Part shown: in pieces, positions 9,623 to 19,158 of the stretch
Position numbering within the stretch: the first letter of the stretch is position 1
Layout of the letters: each line of letters begins with the position of its first letter
Origin: a virus
Virus record (IMG/VR): IMGVR_UViG_3300035517_000183
Location: 1-64,000 of that record
DNA length: 64,000 nucleotides
Reading direction: 5' to 3' (one strand)
Translations under genes and position numbers: made by a program
Notes under the pieces: model-generated
What the model saw: only the letters and a program-made list of their open reading frames with translations
Told to the model about the DNA's origin: nothing
Databases searched by the model: none

Positions 9623-10416
9623 AAGATTTTCTAAACATTAGCTCTGGCTCCGGCTCTGGCTATGGCTCTGGCTCCGGCTCTGGCTCTGGCGATGGCTCTG
9701 GCTCTGACTATGGCTCTGGCTCCGGCTCTGGCTATGGCTCTGGCTCCGGCTCTGGCTCTGGCGATGGCTCTGGCTCTGACTATGGCTCTGGCTCTGGCTC
9801 TGGCTCTGGCTCTGACTATGGCTATGGCGATGGCTCTGGCGATGGCTATGGCTCTGACTATGGCTATGGCTCCGGCTCTGGCTCTGGCGATGGCTCTGGC
9901 TCTGACTATGGCTATGGCTCCGGCTCTGGCTCTGGCTATGGCTTAAAATCTATAAATCACAAGCGCATATATAGGATAGACGGATGTCAAACTATTGTCG
10001 AGTCGGTTCATGGAAATCTCGCCAAAGGATATATTGTGCGGGATAATTTAACGCTCAAAGAGTGCTATATTGCTAAAGGCGAGAACTACTTTGCTCACGG
10101 ATATACAGCACACGAGGCGTTAAGTGCGCTTCGAGATAAGATTTTCAATCAACTGCCGATTGAAACTCGCATTGAAAAATTTAAGGCCGAATACCCCGAT
10201 TTTAACGCCAAAATCCCTGCCAAAGAGTTATTTGATTGGCACCACAGATTAACAGGCAGCTGTAAGGCCGGACGCATGGAATTTGTTCGACGGCATGACA
10301 TTGACCTCGACAAAGATAAGTTCACGGTCAACGAGTTTATCTCGCTTACATGTAACGACTATGGTGGTGATATCATCCAACAACTAAGTCAGAGTGATTA
10401 TGAAAACATTACTTAA
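9610..10416 (+). CDS. Gly/Ser/Tyr/Asp-repeat protein (disordered GSGSGY/GSGSGD array + C-terminal globular domain)
   Basis: N-terminal ~110 aa are tandem GSGSG(Y/D) units; C-terminal ~150 aa are non-repetitive. Confidence 0.55.
   Translation: MGKIEDFLNISSGSGSGYGSGSGSGSGDGSGSDYGSGSGSGYGSGSGSGSGDGSGSDYGSGSGSGSGSDYGYGDGSGDGYGSDYGYGSGSGSGDGSGSDYGYGSGSGSGYGLKSINHKRIYRIDGCQTIVESVHGNLAKGYIVRDNLTLKECYIAKGENYFAHGYTAHEALSALRDKIFNQLPIETRIEKFKAEYPDFNAKIPAKELFDWHHRLTGSCKAGRMEFVRRHDIDLDKDKFTVNEFISLTCNDYGGDIIQQLSQSDYENIT
9640..9940 (+). repeat. tandem hexanucleotide array (ggctct/ggctcc/ggctat/ggcgat), ~50 units
   Basis: Directly visible in the sequence. The mirror-frame ORF MALAPALALA is an artefact of this repeat. 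Confidence 0.85.
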
Positions 10417-10612
10417 TTACAGATATTATGTACTCGCAATTTTGTTGGGTGCAGCAATATTTTTTATATGTTGTGACAGCGACAGCGAGCTTTCATTTTG
10501 GTTGTCAAAGGTAGTTGGCATTATCGTAGCTTCCGCCTTTGTTTCGCTGTTTAAGTTTTGGTCGTCGAAAGACCAAATCCCCGCCCTCACAGATTTAGAC
10601 GATAATATTTGA
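10394..10612 (+). CDS. small membrane protein
   Basis: 72-aa ORF with two hydrophobic helices. Confidence 0.4.
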   Translation: MIMKTLLNYRYYVLAILLGAAIFFICCDSDSELSFWLSKVVGIIVASAFVSLFKFWSSKDQIPALTDLDDNI

Positions 10613-10613
10613 C

Positions 10614-11579
10614 ATGATTAAAGATACCATTTTAGACCTGTCCAACGAAGATTACCACAACGCGGCACCATACAACGAGTATTTAAGCTCCACGCAACTT
10701 AAATACTACGCTAAATCGCCGAAAGTGGCAAAATATATGCTGGATAACCCGCAACAAGAAAAGAGTGACGCAATGCAAGTTGGGTCACTCTTCCATTTAG
10801 CAATGGAGTTATATAAAAAGCATGGCTCGATTGATGCGTTCTACGACTCGGTGGCGATATTTATGCCACCGAAGAATCCAAAAACGGCGCAGCCTTACGG
10901 GACAACAACAAAAGCATACCAAGATGCACTGTGCAGTTTCAAAGAGTTAAACCCAAGTAAAAGCGTTGTCACCTACGAACTTGCAACCATGATTGACGAT
11001 ATGGTTGGAGTTTTAGTTAATAATGCAAGCGACACTTCCAAGCAGGTTAACAAGCTACTCCAGTGGGGTACTTCCGAAGTCAGCCACTTTGTTGAATACA
11101 AGGACTGTAAATTTAAGTATCGACCCGACCTTGAAACCAAGCAGAAGATTATCGACTGGAAAACCGTTAACACCGACGATTTAAGCGAGAAATCAATCAA
11201 TAGCATTATTTCCAAGTATGGCTACGACATAAGTGCAGCGTTCTATTTATTCATGGAACATCTCCGCACGGGAATATGGAAAACTTTCTACTGGTGTTTC
11301 GTTAGCAAGGCAATGCCTTACGACGCTGTTTTAGTCGACGCTTCGCGATGGACTTACGAGCATGACGGCGCAGATGTTGTAATGCCGCAGGTTGGGGCGA
11401 TAAAAATGAAGTCCTTGCTTGATTTACACGTCAAGTGTAGCAATGAACGTCAGTGGCCGGGTGCGGAAATCTATATACCGCAAGACCAGCATGGCCGACG
11501 CATCATGACGCCTACACCCCCACAATGGGAAATCTCGCAAGCGTCTGCAATAATTGACTTATTAGATATAGAACAATAA
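10614..11579 (+). CDS. PD-(D/E)XK family exonuclease (YqaJ/RecB-like)
   Basis: IIDWKTV matches the hhhDYKT nuclease motif. It sits immediately upstream of RecT, the classic exo + annealase pair. Confidence 0.6.
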   Translation: MIKDTILDLSNEDYHNAAPYNEYLSSTQLKYYAKSPKVAKYMLDNPQQEKSDAMQVGSLFHLAMELYKKHGSIDAFYDSVAIFMPPKNPKTAQPYGTTTKAYQDALCSFKELNPSKSVVTYELATMIDDMVGVLVNNASDTSKQVNKLLQWGTSEVSHFVEYKDCKFKYRPDLETKQKIIDWKTVNTDDLSEKSINSIISKYGYDISAAFYLFMEHLRTGIWKTFYWCFVSKAMPYDAVLVDASRWTYEHDGADVVMPQVGAIKMKSLLDLHVKCSNERQWPGAEIYIPQDQHGRRIMTPTPPQWEISQASAIIDLLDIEQ

Positions 11580-11582
11580 ACG

Positions 11583-12482
11583 ATGGAAACTGAAAATCAG
11601 CAAACAACAGAACAGCAGCCGACGCAAGCGCAAACGACTGTCATAGAGAAGAAAGAAACTTATACGCCCGAGCGAACAGCCGAAGCGATTAAAAAACTCC
11701 CGACGATTTTGCAGCCGATAAAAGGCTTGTTTGCTCAACCGTGGGAGTCATTCCGCAGTGCGTTTAAAGACCCCGCCGAAGCAGACCGCATAATGCAGCG
11801 CGAAGTGACGTATGCAGCACAAGCAATGACGAGTAACGGTTATTTAATAACTTGCGCTCAAAAATCGCCGCAACATTTCGTCGAAGCACTCAAAAACGTA
11901 GCACTGTCGGGGCTGTCACTTTCGCCGGTTTTAAAACAAGGCTACCTCGTACCGTTTAACGGCCTTGTATCATTCATACCCTCTTACATGGGTTTGATTG
12001 ACATACTCGTTAACGCCGGAATTGTCGCCAAAATAGAAGCACATTGTGTTTATAAGGGCGAGAATTACGAAATCTGTCACGGCACGGAAGAATATTTGCG
12101 ACACAATCCTAATTGGGAGAATCGCACGAAAGAAAATCTCGTAGGGTGCTACTGGATAGCTACGTTGTTAGATGGCACGAAAGTATTCGGCGACCTCTCG
12201 ATTGATGAAATCGAAGTCATTAGAAAACGTGCGCCGTCAGCAAAAAACAAATCTCCGTGGGATAGCGATTACACCGAAATGGCGCGTAAAACAGCCGTCC
12301 GACGTGGATTTAAAATGCTACCGAAGAAAGGAATCTCCGAGGATAAACTTAAATCGGTAGAAGCCGTTTTTGACTACGACGAGAAAGTTGTACAGTCATG
12401 GATTAAAAACCAAAAACAAGGTACTACCAAAAATGACTCGTTTGACGAAGATGAAACAGCAGATTATGAAGTAGTAGAATGA
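11583..12482 (+). CDS. recT: RecT-family single-strand annealing protein
   Basis: MARKTAVRRGFKMLP matches the RecT signature K-A-RR-K-LP. Size 299 aa and the position after the exonuclease fit. Confidence 0.7.
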   Translation: METENQQTTEQQPTQAQTTVIEKKETYTPERTAEAIKKLPTILQPIKGLFAQPWESFRSAFKDPAEADRIMQREVTYAAQAMTSNGYLITCAQKSPQHFVEALKNVALSGLSLSPVLKQGYLVPFNGLVSFIPSYMGLIDILVNAGIVAKIEAHCVYKGENYEICHGTEEYLRHNPNWENRTKENLVGCYWIATLLDGTKVFGDLSIDEIEVIRKRAPSAKNKSPWDSDYTEMARKTAVRRGFKMLPKKGISEDKLKSVEAVFDYDEKVVQSWIKNQKQGTTKNDSFDEDETADYEVVE

Positions 12483-12581
12483 GTTTTTCATAGTTTTCAT
12501 GTAACAGGTTTACAATAGATTTTTCATTTATAACACTTAGTTAGTTTCTCCCCGGCAGTTCGTGAGAATAGTCGGTCTTTC

Positions 12582-12767
12582 TTGTTTAATATGATTACCG
12601 AAAACGACAAACAACTAATACATAAAGCGTGGGCGATGCACCACTCCCAATGGGATGTTGTGTTGACCCTTGCAACGCAAACAGATACCGCCGAGGCTAA
12701 ACAACAAATAGTCGACATAGCCAGAATTAAGTATCATACTGACCAAGTGTACAACGACGAAACATAA
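12582..12767 (+). CDS. hypothetical protein
   Basis: 61-aa ORF on the operon strand; the opposite-strand alternative is less plausible. Confidence 0.3.
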   Translation: MFNMITENDKQLIHKAWAMHHSQWDVVLTLATQTDTAEAKQQIVDIARIKYHTDQVYNDET

Positions 12768-12912
12768 GCAATGGAAATCTCAAAAACCGACCTTCAAAAA
12801 GTCATTGCGTATCTTGATGATGCAGCAAGACTTTACGCAGCACTGCCGATGCAGAAATGCAAGTGCCGTGCCCACATGATAACTATGTTAATAGTCAAAC
12901 TTAAAAAGAGCC

Positions 12913-13557
12913 ATGACACCGGTAAATAGTATGTTCCAAATGCGAAAGCAGACGCATACACTCGCAGATGTACCACAAATGGAACTATATAAGATGGCGG
13001 TTAAGCAATATTTTTTAGGCGCGTTAGCGTGGGATTATGCCGATACGGTCAACGACTTAGCGGCCTCAATGAGGCTCGACGGCACTAAAAAAATATCGCG
13101 AGCGGTTAATAACTTACGCCGTGAATATAACAGCGTCCGAAGTTTAGACCTTGACGCCAAACACCGCGATAAAGAGTGGGAACTCGCACAGTTATTTGAG
13201 TCTATAAACAAGCAACATTTAAGCCGACTATATACGAGCCTCTGTAACGAGATACGGCGCGACCACACGAAACTCACCGACGAATATGTAACGCTCGTCG
13301 CCTCTACTTACGTTGCCTTGACGGTATTAGACACTGTAATGTTGTTTGCCCGTCAGTGTGACAGATATATCGAAATATACTACCCCGAAGCACCTCACAG
13401 CATATTGCCAGACCACTTTGTGCAGCTCGCCAAACTACTACCATTGTTTGCGGGTGATATATATAATCCAAATATGCAAGCGAGGACGCTGACGGCTAAA
13501 ATCCTACTTAACGAAGTAAACAGAATAGAACTATTTGACGAAGATGGAAAACAGTAA
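12913..13557 (+). CDS. hypothetical protein
   Basis: 214-aa ORF. Confidence 0.45.
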   Translation: MTPVNSMFQMRKQTHTLADVPQMELYKMAVKQYFLGALAWDYADTVNDLAASMRLDGTKKISRAVNNLRREYNSVRSLDLDAKHRDKEWELAQLFESINKQHLSRLYTSLCNEIRRDHTKLTDEYVTLVASTYVALTVLDTVMLFARQCDRYIEIYYPEAPHSILPDHFVQLAKLLPLFAGDIYNPNMQARTLTAKILLNEVNRIELFDEDGKQ

Positions 13558-13771
13558 TCCGATAATCCCTGAATCTTCAATCATTGAAATGATTAAAGAA
13601 ATCCAAGATGCGAAGCGAGCGAGTAAACAAGCTCCCGACTACGCTTCGATAATAGAGATTGAGAACTCGCTCAAAGTCGAGTTGAAAGAAACACTTAACA
13701 AACTTGTCAGCAAAGGCGCGGTTAAGTGGTTCAAGACACTCAACGGAACTCCAATGTTTAGTGCGACATGA
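13535..13771 (+). CDS. hypothetical protein
   Basis: 78-aa ORF overlapping neighbours. Confidence 0.4.
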   Translation: MTKMENSNPIIPESSIIEMIKEIQDAKRASKQAPDYASIIEIENSLKVELKETLNKLVSKGAVKWFKTLNGTPMFSAT

Positions 13772-14478
13772 AAAGTATAACACTGCCGATTGAAACTGTG
13801 AATGCCGGGCTTTTCCGCAAGCCTGAATACTTAGGACTTTGGATTAAACTCATAGCAACAGCAGACGACAACGGCGAAATCACCCGGCCAATTAGACGGC
13901 TTGCGGACGATTTAGATACGACTTATCAGAAGCTCCGCGACCTGCTTAACTACCTTGCCTCAACGCAACAAATAACGCAAGTGTATAACGCAAAAGCAAC
14001 GCAAATAACTATCTGTAACTATGAAAGTTACGAGGGGTCGCGCCGCAAAGATAACGCAACAAATAACGCAAGTCAAAAACGCAAAACTACCGACAAAAGT
14101 TCAAGTAATACTTTAAGTTTAGAACTACCACAAAAAACAACGCGCTTCATTCCTCCTACCCTTGATGAACTCCGCTCGTATATCCAACTGAAAGGCTACA
14201 ACGTAGACCCCGAAAAATTCTTAGCCTACTACGAGAGTAACGGCTGGATGGTCGGACGCAACAAGATGAAAAACTGGCGGAGTGCGCTTGTCACGTGGAA
14301 CAGAAGCCAATATGGAAAACCTTACAACTCACCAAGACCGCCACAAGGCCATTATTCGCGAATTAGAGATGCAGCCGCAGCATTGCTTCAATGTAATGGA
14401 AGTGTCAACACCTCAAATTATGATACGAGCGCACACGCCGACTTTGTGGGAACTGAAAGTGAAGATTGGCGACGTTAA
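13768..14478 (+). CDS. hypothetical protein (possible replication/DNA-binding role)
   Basis: 236-aa ORF in the replication/recombination module; N-terminal region is HTH-like. The functional call is only an inference. Confidence 0.3.
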   Translation: MKSITLPIETVNAGLFRKPEYLGLWIKLIATADDNGEITRPIRRLADDLDTTYQKLRDLLNYLASTQQITQVYNAKATQITICNYESYEGSRRKDNATNNASQKRKTTDKSSSNTLSLELPQKTTRFIPPTLDELRSYIQLKGYNVDPEKFLAYYESNGWMVGRNKMKNWRSALVTWNRSQYGKPYNSPRPPQGHYSRIRDAAAALLQCNGSVNTSNYDTSAHADFVGTESEDWRR

Positions 14479-14998
14479 AACCAAGGCAATAATAATTTAC
14501 GCGATTGCATGGATGGCTGAATTAGTCAACGTCGACAGAAACCTGACAGAGCCTCAAATACTCGAATTATCCAGCGACATTTTACGCGACTACGGTTATA
14601 TCAAAGTCGAAGAACTAAAGTACATACTCAAACGCGGAGTCAAGTCAAAAATATACGCACGACTCGACTACAACGTAGTGATGAATTGGTTTAAAGACTA
14701 CGATAACGAGCGCACCGAGATTGCGATGGATATTTCAGACCAAGAATCCTCACAACAAGAAAACGATATAACAGTTGCGCCCGACAGCATAACATGGGGT
14801 CAGTATTTAGAGCGACTTCAACGGCTCTCACAACAGGGCGATGCAACAGCCACAGCGCGACTCGATGAAATCAACAATCCACCACAACAAAAACTAACAC
14901 TTATCACAAACGAACAGCGACACCAACGCGATGTCGCTTTCAAAACATGGTATTACAGAGAATACCTAAGACGCAAAAATGGAACAGACCAAGAGTAG
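14420..14998 (+). CDS. hypothetical protein (start ambiguous: 14282/14396/14420/14513)
   Basis: The track ORF begins at 14282, overlapping the upstream gene by ~200 nt in another frame. 14420 limits the overlap to <60 nt. Confidence 0.35.
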   Translation: MIRAHTPTLWELKVKIGDVKTKAIIIYAIAWMAELVNVDRNLTEPQILELSSDILRDYGYIKVEELKYILKRGVKSKIYARLDYNVVMNWFKDYDNERTEIAMDISDQESSQQENDITVAPDSITWGQYLERLQRLSQQGDATATARLDEINNPPQQKLTLITNEQRHQRDVAFKTWYYREYLRRKNGTDQE

Positions 14999-15185
14999 AG
15001 TCAGAAAGAAATCGGTAAAGCCTTGTTTGGGCTTTCAATTTTCTAAAGCAGATGAAATAAAAATCAAACTCGCTTGCATTTCCGCTCGCAATTTCATGCG
15101 CAACTACGGCAAAGGCAAACGAATGCAAATGGTAGATTTAAGACATTACTGTAACACAATTAACGAATTAGATTATGCAAATTAA
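14979..15185 (+). CDS. hypothetical protein
   Basis: 68-aa basic ORF. Confidence 0.3.
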   Translation: MEQTKSRVRKKSVKPCLGFQFSKADEIKIKLACISARNFMRNYGKGKRMQMVDLRHYCNTINELDYAN

Positions 15186-15597
15186 GGTAAAGAGGCTCTC
15201 GCCTTATGCAGTATTGCCGTATAAGGCTCACGACTCGGATGCGGGATTTGACCTCACTGCGATTTCGCGCAAGACAGACAAAAACGAGAATATTGTTTAC
15301 GGCACCGGTCTTGCATTTGAAATCCCGGAGAATCACGTTGGCTTGATTTTTCCTCGTAGTTCAAACGCCACGACCGACTTACGGCTCACAAATTGCGTAG
15401 GCGTACTTGATAGTGGTTATCGTGGCGAAGTGCTGTTTAAATTCCGACCGACAGCGTTACCGACAAAGATATATGCCGTTGGCGATAGAATAGGGCAGTT
15501 AATTGTAATCCCCTATCCTAAAGTCGAATTTATTGAATCTAACGAATTAACCGACAGCGACCGCGGTGCCGGTGGTTATGGCAGCAGCGGGCGATAG
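15175..15597 (+). CDS. dut: dUTP diphosphatase (dUTPase)
   Basis: Motifs AGFDL, PRSS, LDSGYRGE and RGAGGYGSSG are the canonical dUTPase motifs I-V. Confidence 0.9.
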   Translation: MQIKVKRLSPYAVLPYKAHDSDAGFDLTAISRKTDKNENIVYGTGLAFEIPENHVGLIFPRSSNATTDLRLTNCVGVLDSGYRGEVLFKFRPTALPTKIYAVGDRIGQLIVIPYPKVEFIESNELTDSDRGAGGYGSSGR

Positions 15598-15802
15598 CGA
15601 TATGGATAAGATTACTCGACTTTTATTGTGGGCGGCAAGTTTCTGTGTCGCCATAACAGTTGCGGGTGGCTTGCTTTCACAAGCCAACACAATTTCTAAC
15701 ATAGCGGGAGTATTACTTACAATCTTCTGGCTGTGGTTTTCAATCAAAACAAGATGTTTTACTCAATTCTCCAATCTCCTAAAAAGAAAGAATAACAAAT
15801 GA
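15566..15802 (+). CDS. small membrane protein
   Basis: 78-aa ORF, two TM helices. Confidence 0.4.
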   Translation: MPVVMAAAGDSDMDKITRLLLWAASFCVAITVAGGLLSQANTISNIAGVLLTIFWLWFSIKTRCFTQFSNLLKRKNNK

Positions 15803-16584
15803 AAAAGTTTTTATTTCTCGCATTGGCCGCTTCGGCGATGTTAATTAATTCATCGTGCGCCGAACGCATTGACGCCGGGCATGAGGGTATTAAAGTCAAC
15901 CTTTATGGCGACGACAAAGGCATAGGCCAAGTATCAATGTGTACTGGTATGGTGTGGTACAATCCGATAACCACAGCCATTTACGAGTACCCTACATTTG
16001 TGCAAACGGTAGATTACGAGCCATTCACGATTAACGCAAAGGATGGTTCAGAGTTTACCGTAGACCCGACAATCTCACTCAAAATTATTGACGGAAAATC
16101 CCCCGAGGTTTTTAGGAAATACCGCAAAGAACTTAAAGATGTAGTCAATACGACTCTTTATAATTACGTTAAGAACGCTTTTCGTATTCAGTTGAATAAT
16201 TTTACAACCGATTATATTGTAAGCAACCGCGACAGTATTGAGTCGGCGATTGAGCGATATTTGACCGCAGACCTACTAAAAGAAAATTTTCAATTAGAGC
16301 AGTTGACATCAGGGCTCAAATATCCCGAAACAATCGTTAAGGCCGTCAACGAAAAGAATCGCAAAATCCAAGAAGCGCAAGCGGCTGAAAACGAAGTGCG
16401 AGTGGCCGAAGCAAAAGCCAAGTCAATACTCGTAGCAGCGCAAGCCGAGGCCGAAGCAAACCGAATTAAACAGCAAGCCTTGACGCCTCAAATTCTCGAA
16501 AAGATGTGGATAGACAAATGGGATGGTAAACTCCCCGTCTACGGTCAAACGCCGAACCTATTTAAGGATATAACGCGAAAATAA
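15799..16584 (+). CDS. SPFH/band-7 (stomatin/prohibitin-like) lipoprotein
   Basis: Signal peptide with lipobox (LINSSC). SPFH-like core followed by an Ala/Glu-rich coiled coil (AEAKAKSILVAAQAEAEANRIKQQ). Confidence 0.65.
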   Translation: MKKFLFLALAASAMLINSSCAERIDAGHEGIKVNLYGDDKGIGQVSMCTGMVWYNPITTAIYEYPTFVQTVDYEPFTINAKDGSEFTVDPTISLKIIDGKSPEVFRKYRKELKDVVNTTLYNYVKNAFRIQLNNFTTDYIVSNRDSIESAIERYLTADLLKENFQLEQLTSGLKYPETIVKAVNEKNRKIQEAQAAENEVRVAEAKAKSILVAAQAEAEANRIKQQALTPQILEKMWIDKWDGKLPVYGQTPNLFKDITRK

Positions 16585-16862
16585 TGGCAGGCACATATTT
16601 ACTCTCCGCGCTTTTAGTTGCCACTCTTTATTATGTGATTAAGAACTCCGAAAGAAGTTACGGAAAGAATAAAGAACTTGTAATTGAGCGGAAGTACGCC
16701 ATTGTAGTTCTTATAGTATTTGCACTTCCGGTCGTCAATGTCGTTTTCCCGCTTGTGGCTCTTGTCGCATTGTTTCTTGTAGCGCATGAGGGCGACATTA
16801 AGTTAAAAGACAACGGCTCAAAATTAAAGCAAATATCCGATTGGCTTTCCAAACCTTTATAA
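16584..16862 (+). CDS. small membrane protein (possible NfeD-like partner of SPFH)
   Basis: 92-aa ORF with two TM helices, start-stop coupled to the SPFH gene. Confidence 0.4.
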   Translation: MAGTYLLSALLVATLYYVIKNSERSYGKNKELVIERKYAIVVLIVFALPVVNVVFPLVALVALFLVAHEGDIKLKDNGSKLKQISDWLSKPL

Positions 16863-16941
16863 ACCATATTTTCAGAGGGTGGGGGTAATTTCGCTCCCGC
16901 CCTTTTCTCGCTAAACAATCAATCAACCAATATAAACAGAC

Positions 16942-19134
16942 ATGACATACCAAGACGTACTCGAAAAGAAGAAAGTTCACCGAGTAGACTTAGGATTTGA
17001 GCCTACAAACATGAATCCCGCCCTTTTCGATTTTCAGCAGTTTTGCGTTACCAAGATGTGCAAGATGGGCAAGGGCGCGGTCTTTGCAGGATGCGGTAAC
17101 GGCAAAACAAACATACAATTGGAGTGGGCGACGCAAGTTGCAAACCACGAAAACAAGCCGGTACTCATATTGGTGCCGCTATCCGTCAGTCGTCAGACGA
17201 TTGCCGAGGGTAAGAAATTCGGCTACACTGTCACGCCATATAAAGATATGGACGCCCACACCAAGATAGCGATAACGAATTACGAGCAAATTGAAAACAT
17301 AGACGTAAGTCAGTTTGTCGGCATTGTCCTTGATGAATCGGGAATCTTAAAAGCATTCACAGGGCATTATAAACGGCTACTGATAGAACGCTTCAAAGAT
17401 ACAAAATACAAACTTTGTTGCACCGCGACGCCCGCCCCGAATGACCTTAACGAATTGGGCAACCACTCCGAGTTTCTTGACGTTTTGGATGCACAAGATA
17501 TGCGCTCTAAATGGTTTGTTCGAGAAGAAGGCATGAACAACTATCGACTCAAACATCATGCCAAACAAGATTTCTACGGATGGATAGCTTCATGGGCGAT
17601 AATGTTTGAGAATCCCGCCGACATCGGATTTAAGGAAACCGGAGCAAAGTTTAAACTTCCGAAACTAAATTATTACCAGCACGAAATAACAACACAGCCG
17701 AAAGACGGGCAACTGTTTGCAAGCGGAATTGTCAACGCAACGAACTTCAACGCCGAACTCCGCAATACGATGGAGCAGCGACTACAATGTGTTAAGGAAA
17801 TAGCCGAGCAACACCCCGACGAGCAAATATTGATATGGGTTAAACAGAACGTCGAGGGCGAACGGTTACGCGAATTAATCCCCGAAGCAATTGAAGTCAA
17901 AGGCAGCGACAACGACGCAATTAAAGGACAACGCTTGCTTGATTTTGCAAGCGGTAAAATCAGAATACTAATATCCAAGGCGAAAATATGCGGCTACGGC
18001 ATGAACTTTCAGAGTTGTGGCTTGCAGATATTTTGCGCTCCCGACTTCTCCTTTGAGGACTTTTACCAACAAGTGCGTCGCAGTTACCGATTTGGGCGAC
18101 ATGGCGACGTGAATATTCATCTAATTGTGACAGATACAATGGCAAACGCTAAAGCGGTAATTGAAAAGAAACAAGCCGTATTTGATGAAATGTTGCGCGA
18201 GATTAACCGCAATGTTAACGAGAAACACTACGGATTACTTAATGACTACGAGTATAAAGAATACAGGGATGATAATGTATTCTTAATGAAAGGCGATACG
18301 ACGATTGAAATTAAGCGAATCCCCGACAATTCAGTGGACTTGATTATATTCTCGCCACCTTTCAGTTCATTGTTTACATACTCGAACTATATCCATGATA
18401 TGGGCAACAATGAATCTCACGAACAATTCTTTGAACAATACGCTTTCTTGCTGAAAGAACTCTACCGCGTATTAAAGCCGGGTCGCCTCATGTGCTGTCA
18501 TACAAAAGATTTGGGCGTTTACAAAAACTCGTCAGGTTATACGGGTATGTTTGATTTTACCGGCGAACACACACGAGCCGTTTTGGCGGAGAACTTTAAA
18601 CTGCACTCCAAGGTAACGATATGGACAGACCCCGTACTTGAAATGCAACGCACCAAAACGCAACGTCTATTATACAAGCAAGTAACGACGGATAGTTCAA
18701 AGACTGGAATTGGGATGGCGGAATATATAACAATATTCAAAAAGTGGGATGGCGACGAAGAAGATTACGAGCCTATCACCAACCTCAATAAATCCAACTT
18801 TCCGCTTGACGTATGGCAAAAGTGGGCGTCGCCCGTATGGATGGATATAAAACGTACTGACGTACTAAATGGTGCAGAGGGTACGGCGCAAGGCGACGAG
18901 AAACACATCTGCCCATTACAGTTAGGTGTAATAGAAAGGCTTGTTCAACTGTGGTCTAACGAGGGTGAAGTAATATTTACGCCGTTTTTAGGCATTGGCA
19001 GCGAAGTTTACGAGGCTGTCAGACTGGGGCGTAAAGGCATTGGCTGTGAACTCAAAGACAGCTACTTTGACGTCGCAGTCAAGAATATCAAGAAAGCGGA
19101 AGCGTTGCGATGTGAAAAATCATTATTCGACTAA
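16942..19134 (+). CDS. SNF2/DEAD-like helicase :: DNA methyltransferase (N4-C/N6-A beta class) fusion
   Basis: N-terminal helicase motifs GCGNGKT, LDESG, TATP and QQVRRSYRFG. C-terminal methyltransferase motif IV SPPF (IFSPPFS), then motif I FTPFLGIGSE...GRKGIGCE, the circularly permuted order typical of beta-class amino-methyltransferases. Confidence 0.75.
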   Translation: MTYQDVLEKKKVHRVDLGFEPTNMNPALFDFQQFCVTKMCKMGKGAVFAGCGNGKTNIQLEWATQVANHENKPVLILVPLSVSRQTIAEGKKFGYTVTPYKDMDAHTKIAITNYEQIENIDVSQFVGIVLDESGILKAFTGHYKRLLIERFKDTKYKLCCTATPAPNDLNELGNHSEFLDVLDAQDMRSKWFVREEGMNNYRLKHHAKQDFYGWIASWAIMFENPADIGFKETGAKFKLPKLNYYQHEITTQPKDGQLFASGIVNATNFNAELRNTMEQRLQCVKEIAEQHPDEQILIWVKQNVEGERLRELIPEAIEVKGSDNDAIKGQRLLDFASGKIRILISKAKICGYGMNFQSCGLQIFCAPDFSFEDFYQQVRRSYRFGRHGDVNIHLIVTDTMANAKAVIEKKQAVFDEMLREINRNVNEKHYGLLNDYEYKEYRDDNVFLMKGDTTIEIKRIPDNSVDLIIFSPPFSSLFTYSNYIHDMGNNESHEQFFEQYAFLLKELYRVLKPGRLMCCHTKDLGVYKNSSGYTGMFDFTGEHTRAVLAENFKLHSKVTIWTDPVLEMQRTKTQRLLYKQVTTDSSKTGIGMAEYITIFKKWDGDEEDYEPITNLNKSNFPLDVWQKWASPVWMDIKRTDVLNGAEGTAQGDEKHICPLQLGVIERLVQLWSNEGEVIFTPFLGIGSEVYEAVRLGRKGIGCELKDSYFDVAVKNIKKAEALRCEKSLFD

Positions 19135-19158
19135 CATAAATCAAACAACAGATTACTC

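Noticed and set aside
9662-9946. 94-aa ORF MALAPALALAMA... on the + strand
   Set aside because: It is a mirror-frame artefact of the hexanucleotide tandem repeat inside the GS-repeat gene.
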